Assembly: GCA_963677485.1 (NCBI GenBank) | Contig: OY781964.1 | Coordinates: 4,608,001-4,672,000 of the forward strand | DNA: 64,000 nucleotides | Direction of reading: 5' to 3' | Source: Armatimonadota bacterium | GTDB taxonomy: Bacteria > Armatimonadota > HRBIN16 | In this document: positions 1 to 8,963 of the stretch, in pieces | Layout of the letters: each line of letters opens with the position of its first letter | Position numbering within the stretch: position 1 is the first letter of the stretch | Notes under the pieces: generated by a model | Database searches by the model: none | The model's input: only the letters and a program-made list of their open reading frames with translations | Told to the model about the DNA's origin: nothing | Translations under genes and position numbers: made by a program

Positions 1-4
1 TGTA

Positions 5-2038
5 GTGGTCGACTTTTTCAACGAAGGCATGATGAATGCCTATCTGGAATACAACTCCACGAGCATGCTTTATCACATGTCGCCCTCGTTTCTGCTGACA
101 AACACTCAAAAATGGGATAGAGTTTTCATTGAGCTTAACAATGTGGCGTTTACCGGCCAGCAGAACAGCGGAGCCGATTTCCGTATCTCCAGCATGCCCA
201 GAGGTCGTATCGCTCGTGTGGAACTCTATACGGACGATCCTGGGTTACCGAAGAGAAACACTGCTGAACTTCTCAAGAACATGAAATCCAAATACGACGC
301 CAGCTCACATGGCATGTTCTACACATTCGGTAATGACGCGGATGAAGGCGTGGCCACGTTGTATAAAGCACTCGGTGTGACAAGTGTCGAGAGTTACGTC
401 ACCTGGGAGACGGTAGAGAAGAAGCAAAAAGGGTCATGGGACTGGTCGCAATGGGATAAGCAAGTCGCTTCCCTCAAAGCGGCGAATATGAAGTGGGTTC
501 CGTTCCTCATTCTGGGTCCGGCGTACTCAACCCCTGGCTGGTTCCGAGAGAGCCGGGAGCACTATCCCAGCGTATGCCTGGAACACAACATCGCCAGTAA
601 GGTGGAGTCGCTCTGGAACCCAAACCTTCCGGCGTATATCGATCGGTTCATCGCTGAGTTTGCCAAACGCTATAAAGACACTGGCGTGATTGAATCTGTG
701 CTATTAGGTATTCAAGGCGATTTCGGCGAGGCGATATACCCGGTATCCGGTGGGGGATGGACGTTCCTGATACCCGGTGAATACCACGACCATGCCGGTT
801 TTTGGTGCAATGATCCATATGCGCTCAAAGATTTTCAAAAATATACCCAAAAGAAATACGGTAGTATCAAGAACCTTAATAGGACTTGGAAAACCTCATA
901 TCTATCGTTCGAAGAGGTGATGTTGCCTGCTCAGAACGAGCAGCAAATCAGTGGCCTGATGAGCGACGCCCAAGCCAACAAACCTGGCATTCGCCGGAGA
1001 TGGCTGGACTTCGTGGAATGGTACCGAGCCTCAATGACCAACTGGTCAGAATGGTGGATCAAGACCACTCGCAAGTATTTCCCAACGACGCCCATATACC
1101 TGTGTACAGGCGGTGATGCACCACCTGAGCATGGGTCCCAGTTTGCCGAACAAAGTCGCGTGGCTGCGAAATATAAGGCTGGTGTCAGGATTACCAACGA
1201 AGGGTCTTATTATCCCGGCAACTTCTCGATCACCCGGTGGGTGGCCTCCGCATGTAAGCAGTATGGCACCTATTTCGGCTTTGAGCCTGCAGGTGAGGAA
1301 AATGAAACGGGGATAGTCGCCCGGATATACAACGCCACCACCTCCGGTGCTAACCAGTTGCATGACTACGCCACGAATGTGACAGCCTCACAGACTCGGA
1401 CGGCCGCGCAACAGCAGAATCTGCAATGGCTGTTCCATGTGCAGAAGCCCGTGGTACCGGTTGCTTTATGGTATCCCAATGTACACATGACCATTAGTCG
1501 AGGTGGATTCTTCGAGACAGCACAGAAGCTGCGTGACTACACAGATTACGACTATATTGATGAGACCATCCTGCGGCATGGTGGCTTAAATGGTCACAAG
1601 ATACTGGTCATGGCTCACGGCAGCATCATTGAGCAGACAGATGCCCAAATCATCGCCAAGTGGGCGGCTCAGGGTGGGCGGGTGATCATCAAAGATATCC
1701 CAACATTTGAGAGTGTCGAAGGTGATCATAAACCTGATTCGCTGTTGAAGGCCAAAGCACGCAGTGTGTCCGGCTGGGATCAGTTTGCCGATGCGCTCAG
1801 AGAAGCTATGGCAAAGTTATCGCTGCCGGTTGTTGACCTTGCCGCTGATGAGCTCTTTAGCACCCAGATATCACCGGACAAGTTCTTGTTCTACAATATG
1901 GGCCTAAAGGATGTTGTTGCGAAGGCCATTGTGCATGGCAAGTCATACAGCCTGCTGGTGAAAGCGGGCAGCATCAACGAGCTGACATTGCCTGTTTCTG
2001 ACGTCCACAATGTAAAGGGTAAAGGAGCGGCGAAGTGA
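5..2038 (+). CDS. Glycoside hydrolase, beta-galactosidase/beta-amylase-like TIM barrel (GH42/GH14-like); probably 5'-truncated by the window edge
   Basis: ESYVTWETVE..GSWDWS, GIQGDFGEAIYP, KKYGSIKNLNRTW and GFEP motifs; C-terminal trimerisation-like segment; frame is open to the window start. Confidence 0.75.
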   Translation: MVDFFNEGMMNAYLEYNSTSMLYHMSPSFLLTNTQKWDRVFIELNNVAFTGQQNSGADFRISSMPRGRIARVELYTDDPGLPKRNTAELLKNMKSKYDASSHGMFYTFGNDADEGVATLYKALGVTSVESYVTWETVEKKQKGSWDWSQWDKQVASLKAANMKWVPFLILGPAYSTPGWFRESREHYPSVCLEHNIASKVESLWNPNLPAYIDRFIAEFAKRYKDTGVIESVLLGIQGDFGEAIYPVSGGGWTFLIPGEYHDHAGFWCNDPYALKDFQKYTQKKYGSIKNLNRTWKTSYLSFEEVMLPAQNEQQISGLMSDAQANKPGIRRRWLDFVEWYRASMTNWSEWWIKTTRKYFPTTPIYLCTGGDAPPEHGSQFAEQSRVAAKYKAGVRITNEGSYYPGNFSITRWVASACKQYGTYFGFEPAGEENETGIVARIYNATTSGANQLHDYATNVTASQTRTAAQQQNLQWLFHVQKPVVPVALWYPNVHMTISRGGFFETAQKLRDYTDYDYIDETILRHGGLNGHKILVMAHGSIIEQTDAQIIAKWAAQGGRVIIKDIPTFESVEGDHKPDSLLKAKARSVSGWDQFADALREAMAKLSLPVVDLAADELFSTQISPDKFLFYNMGLKDVVAKAIVHGKSYSLLVKAGSINELTLPVSDVHNVKGKGAAK

Positions 2039-2451
2039 GCCAGCTAGAGCGGTTTGGAGTGTCGATGGATGGGGAGCTGCTTGACAGGTTTGACGCCTTG
2101 ATCAAGCAGCGTCAGTATGGCAACAGATCAGAGGCGATTCGTGACCTCGTCCGGAAGGAACTTGTTGAGGAGCAGTGGACCGATCCTGATGCTGAGGTGA
2201 TGGCTGCCGTCACACTGGTCTACCATCACGATAGTAGTGAACTCGCATCGAAACTGACCGAGATTCAACATGATGTCCATCATCACATAGTCTGCACCAC
2301 CCATGTTCATATCGATCACCACCACTGCATGGAGGTGATGATCGTCAGGGGGCCTAGTCATACCGTGCAGACTATTGCCAACGCCTTGATCAGCACTAAA
2401 GGCGTATTACATGGCCATTTGGTCAGCACCACTTCTGGCCGAGATATCTAA
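2035..2451 (+). CDS. nikR: Nickel-responsive transcriptional regulator NikR
   Basis: Ribbon-helix-helix RFGVSMDGELL..NRSEAIRDL; metal site HVHIDHHHCMEV; GTGA overlap with the upstream stop. Confidence 0.95.
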   Translation: MSQLERFGVSMDGELLDRFDALIKQRQYGNRSEAIRDLVRKELVEEQWTDPDAEVMAAVTLVYHHDSSELASKLTEIQHDVHHHIVCTTHVHIDHHHCMEVMIVRGPSHTVQTIANALISTKGVLHGHLVSTTSGRDI

Positions 2452-2556
2452 CAAGCATCCGCCGGTGCTGACGCGGCCGCCTTGGCTGTATCTTACGCGT
2501 CACGCTGAGGGACAGATCGATATGCGAATGGCTATTCGTCTTTATTGCAGCCAAAT

Positions 2557-2725
2557 GTTGCCTATGTCCGGGGCGGTCTGACCGTAGGCTAATGGTTGCA
2601 GAAGGCTTAAGACCGCGCCGGTCTGGCGGATAGCCATGAAAGATATGTGTCAGGATCAAGACCGGCGCGGTCTATAGACGGTGGCCTCCGCAGGCGTACT
2701 GACAGACCGCCCGGACATAGCCAAC
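2557..2725. repeat. Nested inverted-repeat element, copy 1 (MITE/REPIN-like or structured RNA)
   Basis: Ends gttgcctatgtccggggcggtctg / cagaccgcccggacatagccaac; inner agaccgcgccggtct (2610-2624) / agaccggcgcggtct (2659-2673); homologous to 8773-8909 and 44334-44503. Confidence 0.9.
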
Positions 2726-2787
2726 TAAGTTGCGAAATGTATGCGTTACCTATTGGGCTGCCACTCAATAACGTGCTGTTGTGCAGG

Positions 2788-4197
2788 CTACCTTAGACTG
2801 CTGGGCTGGGAGCTGACTGGCCAGTTGTCCGATCGAAAAGGCATCGCCGGGAATCCTGCTCCGTTGTAGAGGTTAATATCGGGAGAATCCGCCCATCCAA
2901 ACCTGACGGCTACCGGCATCGACACATACACGCTGCTGGCCCACACGCGGTCGCCCACAATAAAAGCATCAGCAGGGTACCATTTACGGTCCGACCCGGC
3001 GATGAAGAAATCACGGACCGTGCCTGATCTGCCTACAAGTCCACCCACGGTGTTCACAAAGCTCACCATCGCCTGGTTTCCCATCAGGGACAATTGGCTA
3101 AATTGAGGGCCTGTGTAATCTACAGGTAGTTTGTAGTGCTTGTTGATGGCGGTGAGTGCAATACGCTGGGCAATCAACTTCTTGTATTGCGGTATCGAAT
3201 CCGGCAGCTCTGACAGGTCGATGATGTTGACCAGTGTCGTCGATTTGGCGATCCGGGCGGCTGCCGATTGCGAATCCCGCATCTCTGCCCACAGGCTATT
3301 GTTGATAGATAGGGAAGTGGTCGTCTCTGTGTCAGAAGGCAGTTGCACCACCAAGAACGGCAGATCGTTGTTGCCCCAGTCTGCGCGCCAACCCTTGATT
3401 AAATCCGCCAGGTGAAATCGGTAGCGGAAAGCATCACCGATGTCGGCTTTGCCCTGATACCAAACAACACCTTTGACGGTGTATGGAACAAGAGCCGCAA
3501 TCAGGCTGTTATACAACGCGTACTGGTCGAAGCGGCTCATTCTGCTCTTGGCGAAGACGCTGATACTGGCCTTTGTCTTGGGGCTCATCCATTGGGTAAT
3601 CGCACTGCTATCTGCCGACACCACGATGATGCCAACCGGCACATTGAGCTGCTGTCGGAGCTGCCGACCGAAGAAATAGCCAATGGCACTGGTGTTTGCA
3701 GCAAACATGTTCTGTGCGGACATCCACGTTGGACTCGCATGTTTTAGTTGGCTAGGTTGATCGGTAGATACTGTGAACAGATGCAGGCTGGAATCCGGCG
3801 CAGTGTTCACGAAGCTGGCATAATCGGACGTCTTCAATACCGGCACGCTCAGGTTCTCGTCGCCACATAGAAGCCACACTTCGCCTACATACACGTCGGT
3901 GATGTTGATCTCGTTGTTACCAGCTGCTGTCAGGGTATACGGTCCGCCTGCGGGCATCTGCTTCAGTTTAATGGACCATCGTCCATCAGTGCAGATGGTG
4001 TTGGCCTGCTGACCGTTAAGGCTCACAGCTATCTTTTCACCGCGAGATGCGGCTCCCCAGATGGTCACCGGTGCATTACGTTGTATGACCATGCCATTAG
4101 AAAACTGCGGGCCTAATGACACATCGGCCATGATCTGTCCAGAACACAGTAACGCAATAATCATGGTTAAGCAGGTTTGTTGGTATTTATTCATCAT
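2788..4197 (-). CDS. Sialate O-acetylesterase-like (SGNH/SASA) secreted protein with degenerate catalytic motifs
   Basis: Colinear paralogue of 4311-5723, but GQSNM is GDENL, QGESN is QGKAD and DIHP is absent; signal peptide. Confidence 0.85.
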   Translation of the reverse strand: MMNKYQQTCLTMIIALLCSGQIMADVSLGPQFSNGMVIQRNAPVTIWGAASRGEKIAVSLNGQQANTICTDGRWSIKLKQMPAGGPYTLTAAGNNEINITDVYVGEVWLLCGDENLSVPVLKTSDYASFVNTAPDSSLHLFTVSTDQPSQLKHASPTWMSAQNMFAANTSAIGYFFGRQLRQQLNVPVGIIVVSADSSAITQWMSPKTKASISVFAKSRMSRFDQYALYNSLIAALVPYTVKGVVWYQGKADIGDAFRYRFHLADLIKGWRADWGNNDLPFLVVQLPSDTETTTSLSINNSLWAEMRDSQSAAARIAKSTTLVNIIDLSELPDSIPQYKKLIAQRIALTAINKHYKLPVDYTGPQFSQLSLMGNQAMVSFVNTVGGLVGRSGTVRDFFIAGSDRKWYPADAFIVGDRVWASSVYVSMPVAVRFGWADSPDINLYNGAGFPAMPFRSDNWPVSSQPSSLR

Positions 4198-4254
4198 GTC
4201 TCTCCACCCTATATGACCGTTTACCGTTCAAGGTGTTACGTGCAAACGCGAGGA

Positions 4255-4288
4255 AGCCCCGCTGCAGTGTTGTCACTGCGACGGGGCT
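4255..4288 (-). terminator. GC-rich hairpin between the two esterase paralogues
   Basis: agccccgctgcagtg-ttgt-cactgcgacggggct; weak U tail. Confidence 0.5.
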
Positions 4289-4310
4289 ATAAGATATCTT
4301 GGGTGCTAGA

Positions 4311-5723
4311 TTATGGTTGTGTGACCAATTTCCAATCATCTGTACGGAAAGGAGATGCTGGCAAATCCTTGCCGTTATATAGATTGAGTATTGGATACAT
4401 TCGCCAGCCGTATCGGACTGCGACAGGAGCAGATACAGCTGAGCTGGATACCACAACTGTGTTGCCTACGATAGTTGCATCCGCCCAGACAAACTTCTTG
4501 TCTGCTCCGGCGATGGTGAAGCCCGTTAGTTTTCCACCTTTGGCCACCAGACCGCCATCAGTATGATTGAACTTCAGTATGATTTGGCTGCCCTTGACGC
4601 TCAGACTTTTATAATCTGGGCCTGACCAGGCAACGTTCTTCATACCATAGGTTTTATTGAGGGCGATATAGGCCAGGCGCTCGCCGACGGGTTGTTTGTT
4701 TCTGGGATGGATGTCCACAGCATCGCCTACATCAGTGATGACTGCCATGCCTGAATTCTTTACATTTTTGGCCACCATGAGCTGTGACTCACGAGTGTCA
4801 GACCAAGCGCATTCTGCTGGATCGGCCGGATCACCCGCTGATAGGAATGGTGCCAGTTGGACGCTGAGGAAAGGGAAGTCTCCCTGTTTCCAGTTTTCGC
4901 GCCAGTCTTTAATCATGTTGGTATGTTCATACCGGTAGTTGTAGCCGTTGCCAGCATTCGATTCACCTTGGTACCAAATGGCTCCGCGAATGCCATAGGG
5001 GATCACGGGAGCGATCATGCCGTTATATAGACATGAGGGCACGTGTGGCAGCTGACCAGCGATTGATGGGTCGATTTTGATGAGGTTTTGCTCTTGGTCG
5101 ATCATGCGCTTGCTGGTCCATGCTTCGACCAGTGTGCCGCCCCAGGAACTGTTGATCACGCCTACAGGCACTTTCAGCACTTGCCGTAAGTATCGGCCGA
5201 AGTAGTATCCCACTGCACTGAATGGACCAGCCGTGTGATAACTGCTGCGGGTCCACTGCGATTTGACGTCTGTTATCGGTTGTTCCTTGGCCGTCAGCGG
5301 CACTTGAAACAGGCGAAGCTCGGTATCCGTAGATGCCTTCATGGCCTTCTCGGCATCAAGGCAGACCGATAAGCTTAACTGCATGTTGGATTGGCCGCTG
5401 CAGACCCATACTTCGCCTACAAGAATGTCTTTACACTCTACATAGTTGGTGCCAATCACCGATAGCGTGTAGGGACCACCTGCTTTCATGGCAGGCAATC
5501 TGACCATCCAGGTTCCATCCTTGGATACGGTATTCACTCGAGCATTACCTAGCTTTACCGTGATTTTTTCACCGACCGCGGCAGTACCCCAGACGGGGAT
5601 GAGCCGGTCGCGCTGCAATACGGCACCATCGGTAAACATTCCACTTAGCTGCACATCAGCCTGCACCTGGGTGAAAAGACCGAGGGATGCGATAGCTAGC
5701 GCGATTGGTAGTACAAGTTTCAT
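4311..5723 (-). CDS. Sialate O-acetylesterase family carbohydrate esterase, secreted
   Basis: GEVWVCSGQSNM, WGGT, WYQGESN, DIHPRNK, PVAVRYGW, PASPFRTD; signal peptide ending VQA. Confidence 0.92.
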   Translation of the reverse strand: MKLVLPIALAIASLGLFTQVQADVQLSGMFTDGAVLQRDRLIPVWGTAAVGEKITVKLGNARVNTVSKDGTWMVRLPAMKAGGPYTLSVIGTNYVECKDILVGEVWVCSGQSNMQLSLSVCLDAEKAMKASTDTELRLFQVPLTAKEQPITDVKSQWTRSSYHTAGPFSAVGYYFGRYLRQVLKVPVGVINSSWGGTLVEAWTSKRMIDQEQNLIKIDPSIAGQLPHVPSCLYNGMIAPVIPYGIRGAIWYQGESNAGNGYNYRYEHTNMIKDWRENWKQGDFPFLSVQLAPFLSAGDPADPAECAWSDTRESQLMVAKNVKNSGMAVITDVGDAVDIHPRNKQPVGERLAYIALNKTYGMKNVAWSGPDYKSLSVKGSQIILKFNHTDGGLVAKGGKLTGFTIAGADKKFVWADATIVGNTVVVSSSAVSAPVAVRYGWRMYPILNLYNGKDLPASPFRTDDWKLVTQP

Positions 5724-5744
5724 TCGATCGTCCTTCTAGTTATG

Positions 5745-7103
5745 TTAGTTTATGTATGTAACGGTTCCGTTAGCATCGACCTTATATCCCCACTTGGCAA
5801 TATAGTAGTTGCCAGGCAGGAATGAGTCACCGATGCTTTTCAACTTCGCCGTTAGCTCTTGATCCAGCTTCTGTTGTAGTTTGGCATGGGCTGGGATGTT
5901 GGCCAGGTTGTTCATTTGATAGGGATCCTGGTGGTTGTCATATAACAGCCACGGACCGTCCAGTGTGCGCACATAGGTATACCGGCGCGTTCGCAGCCCG
6001 CGGTATTCGCGGCCGCCATTACGCCGTTCCCATTCACCAAACGGTGAAATGCACTCAATCAGTACCGGGTTATCGTCTTTCGACAGTCTGCCGGATATAA
6101 CTTCCGAAAAGTCGTCGCCTTCAACGCTGGCAGGGATAGGAAGACCGCATAAACCAAGCAGGGTGGGCATCAAGTCAGGCGTGCCAATCGGCATGTCGAT
6201 CTTCTTGCCGGTCCGGCCCAGGCGTTGCGGCCATCGGAGAAGCAGGGGAACCATGATCGCCTCGTCCCATGGACGTTGTTTGCGGACTTGGTTCTGTGAG
6301 CCCAGCATTTCGCCGTGGTCTGATGTGAGCACAAAGATGGTGTTCTCAGCCAGGCCTGTTTCCTCTAGAGTCTTCCTCAGAGATCCCACAGCGGCATCCA
6401 TCGCGGCGATGTGACTGTAGTAGCCTGCCAGGTCTTTACGCAGGTCCTGGGTCACATTGGGACGCTGCTGCAGTGCGGCTGGGTCGAACATATCTTGAAA
6501 GCCTTTAGGAGCTGTTTCAAACGGGTTATGAGGCGGTCCCCAAGATAGGAACATACAGAACGGTTTTGTATCTTTGGCATAGTCATGAAGCAGATCGCAG
6601 GCATCTTTGGTCTGTGCCGTCAGGTCATACCCATCCCAGATGCGCGCTTTACGGTCGTTATCTGCATAGTAAGGGCTGTTGTTATAGTCATGGGTACATT
6701 CCAGCACTTTCCAGTAGTCAAAGCCCTGGCGTCGTTCCTTGGGGATATAGTTGCTGCGGCCGTGCCCATCGATATGCCATTTGCCGATATACGCGGTCTT
6801 GTAGCCGCCCTGCTTGAATACCTCAGCTATGGAAGTGGCCCGGTTGCTCAGGCACACATCATTAACAAACAGCCCGTGAGTATGTGGATACTGACCAGTG
6901 AGCAATGAACCGCGGTAGGGGGTACACACGGGGCATGTGCTGACAGCGTTCGCGAAATTCACGCTCTCGGAAGCGAGTGCATCAATATGGTCCGTCTTAC
7001 CCTTTAAGTTCGGGTCGCCTGCATATCCCGCGGCTTGCGCGCGCCATTGGTCAGCGAAAACAAACACGAGGTTGGGCCTATTCGATTTGGATGCTAAAGA
7101 CAT
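5745..7103 (-). CDS. Formylglycine-dependent sulfatase (S1); start moved to ATG 7103
   Basis: RPNLVFVFADQWR, CTPYR (CxPxR), GKWH, SDHG; GGAGA RBS upstream of 7103; no signal peptide. Confidence 0.92.
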   Translation of the reverse strand: MSLASKSNRPNLVFVFADQWRAQAAGYAGDPNLKGKTDHIDALASESVNFANAVSTCPVCTPYRGSLLTGQYPHTHGLFVNDVCLSNRATSIAEVFKQGGYKTAYIGKWHIDGHGRSNYIPKERRQGFDYWKVLECTHDYNNSPYYADNDRKARIWDGYDLTAQTKDACDLLHDYAKDTKPFCMFLSWGPPHNPFETAPKGFQDMFDPAALQQRPNVTQDLRKDLAGYYSHIAAMDAAVGSLRKTLEETGLAENTIFVLTSDHGEMLGSQNQVRKQRPWDEAIMVPLLLRWPQRLGRTGKKIDMPIGTPDLMPTLLGLCGLPIPASVEGDDFSEVISGRLSKDDNPVLIECISPFGEWERRNGGREYRGLRTRRYTYVRTLDGPWLLYDNHQDPYQMNNLANIPAHAKLQQKLDQELTAKLKSIGDSFLPGNYYIAKWGYKVDANGTVTYIN

Positions 7104-7161
7104 ATATTCATCTCCATAATGCTGAAGAGCTGTTGGTATTAGTATAGCCAATCTAGTTTCG

Positions 7162-8190
7162 TTAAGTTTGCTCTGAATCCCTGCCTTGCATATAGTCTGC
7201 AGCACGTAAATAGCTTGTTTCATATGATGCAGGGGCGTCAAGCGGAATTTCAAACAACCGTCCACCTCTTAAGTCGTGCTTGTGCGGTTCTGGCAAGCCA
7301 TAGGTACCCCAACCGATGCTGCCGCCATATCCCATTTTGATGCCATACCAATCACCCGCGAATGTGTTAGTGTGGTCGTGACCGACAAACATTCCCATGA
7401 TGTTTCCTTGCTCCAGCATGGCTGTAGCAAGGCCAGAGTTCAGTGCGGGTGCACAGATGGGCTCATTCATGGCATCCACAAACAGCGATTGGGCGGCCAC
7501 TTCGTGGTATTCGGGTAAGGGGATATGGAAATATGCCAAGCCAGGGATAACTTGCTTGAAGCACTCTTCGTGCCATTTCGATTGGTCGATGAACCACTCA
7601 ACCTGCTGATGACTAATCCAGCCGTAGCCGGATATCTCTTTGGCTTTCATATCAACGGGCGGATAATCCAAAGAATCAAACAGCCAGATCGCAAGGTCAG
7701 GGTGTTCAGCGTGCCGAGAGATAAATAGAACATCGTTGCCGCATCCCGGTATGCTGCTTAGTATGTCACGGTTGATGTTGCCTGGTAGGGCTCGGTATTG
7801 CTCCAAGAGTTCGCGTTTGGTCATACCCAACTTGTCGATACGCTCTGCATCATGGTTACCCATGGTCATGGCCCAGGGTACATTCGCTTTGATGCATGGC
7901 CCGGCGGCTTGCTTCACCGCTTCAATCAACTGTTTCTTGCTGGTGCAGTCTGGTGCACATGCGCAGTCGCCCGTGAGAACTACCATGTCTGGCTTGACAC
8001 CGTCTATCATGGCGGACATCCCGATGGCTGTCTGCGGATGTATCGCCGCTCCATGGTGGAGGTCCGTGAACTGAAGAAGCCGGAATGCTCGGTCGTGATG
8101 AAACTGGTAAGTACGTTGCTCGGTGATGACCATCGGTTTTCCCCTTGGCATAGTATTGAGTTCACGGTACAATGTAGCACTATGGACCAC
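7162..8190 (-). CDS. Calcineurin-like metallophosphoesterase (PAP/Dcr2-like); true start probably slightly downstream
   Basis: TDLH, TGD, GNHD, FHIP, GHDH motifs. Confidence 0.9.
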   Translation of the reverse strand: MVHSATLYRELNTMPRGKPMVITEQRTYQFHHDRAFRLLQFTDLHHGAAIHPQTAIGMSAMIDGVKPDMVVLTGDCACAPDCTSKKQLIEAVKQAAGPCIKANVPWAMTMGNHDAERIDKLGMTKRELLEQYRALPGNINRDILSSIPGCGNDVLFISRHAEHPDLAIWLFDSLDYPPVDMKAKEISGYGWISHQQVEWFIDQSKWHEECFKQVIPGLAYFHIPLPEYHEVAAQSLFVDAMNEPICAPALNSGLATAMLEQGNIMGMFVGHDHTNTFAGDWYGIKMGYGGSIGWGTYGLPEPHKHDLRGGRLFEIPLDAPASYETSYLRAADYMQGRDSEQT

Positions 8191-8233
8191 AATATCTCAA
8201 TGCTGCCTGAAGGTAATGATGAAGGAGTATCAA

Positions 8234-8755
8234 ATGGAGCTATCCGAGGCGATCGCAAAACGACACAGCTATCGAGGCAAATATCAAGACCAACTTGTGT
8301 CGAGGGAAGACCTGGAAACTATTGTGAAGGCCGGCTTAATGGCCCCCTCAGGATGCAACTCGCAGAGCACCAGCTTTGTGATTGTTGACGATCCTGCGGT
8401 GCTTGATCCTATCAAGACTCTGCTGGCTGGTAAGCAGCGCTTTGACAGCCCCGCACTGATCGCGTGCGTCATCGACCCGAAAGTTCTCCCCAACGGTATG
8501 CATTTTGAGCTGGAAGACTGCTCCGCTGCCGTGGAGAACATGCTGCTGACCATCACCGCGATGGGGTTCGCCACTGTGTGGCTGGATGGGGCCCTGCGAG
8601 GCGGTCTCGATAAACAGATCGGTGACTTGCTGGGCGTTCCTGAGGATAAGCAGGTGCGGATACTTCTGCCCGTCGGCGTACCGGTCACTGTTGGCAGACC
8701 AGCCCCTAAGAAGCCTTTCGAGCAGCGCGCCTGGTTCAACCGCTACGGCGGGTAG
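8234..8755 (+). CDS. Nitroreductase family protein; start moved to ATG 8234
   Basis: AIAKRHSYR, APSGCNSQ, AVENMLL..G; AAGGAG RBS. Confidence 0.92.
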   Translation: MELSEAIAKRHSYRGKYQDQLVSREDLETIVKAGLMAPSGCNSQSTSFVIVDDPAVLDPIKTLLAGKQRFDSPALIACVIDPKVLPNGMHFELEDCSAAVENMLLTITAMGFATVWLDGALRGGLDKQIGDLLGVPEDKQVRILLPVGVPVTVGRPAPKKPFEQRAWFNRYGG

Positions 8756-8772
8756 GGGGGGGTGGAAAGGCT

Positions 8773-8909
8773 TTGGCTGTGTCCGGGGCGGTCTGTGCGT
8801 AGGCTAGCGTCTGCAGAAGGTTCAAGACCGCGCCGGTCTGGCGGTTAGCCTGGACGATTCATGACGGAAACAAGACCGGTGTGGTCAGCAGACTGCAGGC
8901 ATTACCAAC
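8773..8909. repeat. Nested inverted-repeat element, copy 2 (right arm decayed)
   Basis: Left arm ttggctgtgtccggggcggtctg and inner agaccgcgccggtct conserved; right side reduced to aagaccggtgtggtc..gcaggc..ccaac. Confidence 0.85.
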
Positions 8910-8963
8910 AATCGCCTGAGCATAACAAACCTTGCTACGCTCAAATGAAAGCGAGTATGCTTC

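Noticed and set aside
2423-2659. Small ORFs 2423-2659 and 44188-44436 with similar translations (PPDRRGL.PSA..SLR.DRPGHRQ) as a small-protein family
   Set aside because: Similarity is confined to the shared DNA repeat; starts and ends are not homologous and both overlap real genes
8751-8766. G-run after the nitroreductase stop as a phase-variation tract
   Set aside because: Short and 3' of the stop codon; no frame or evident promoter affected
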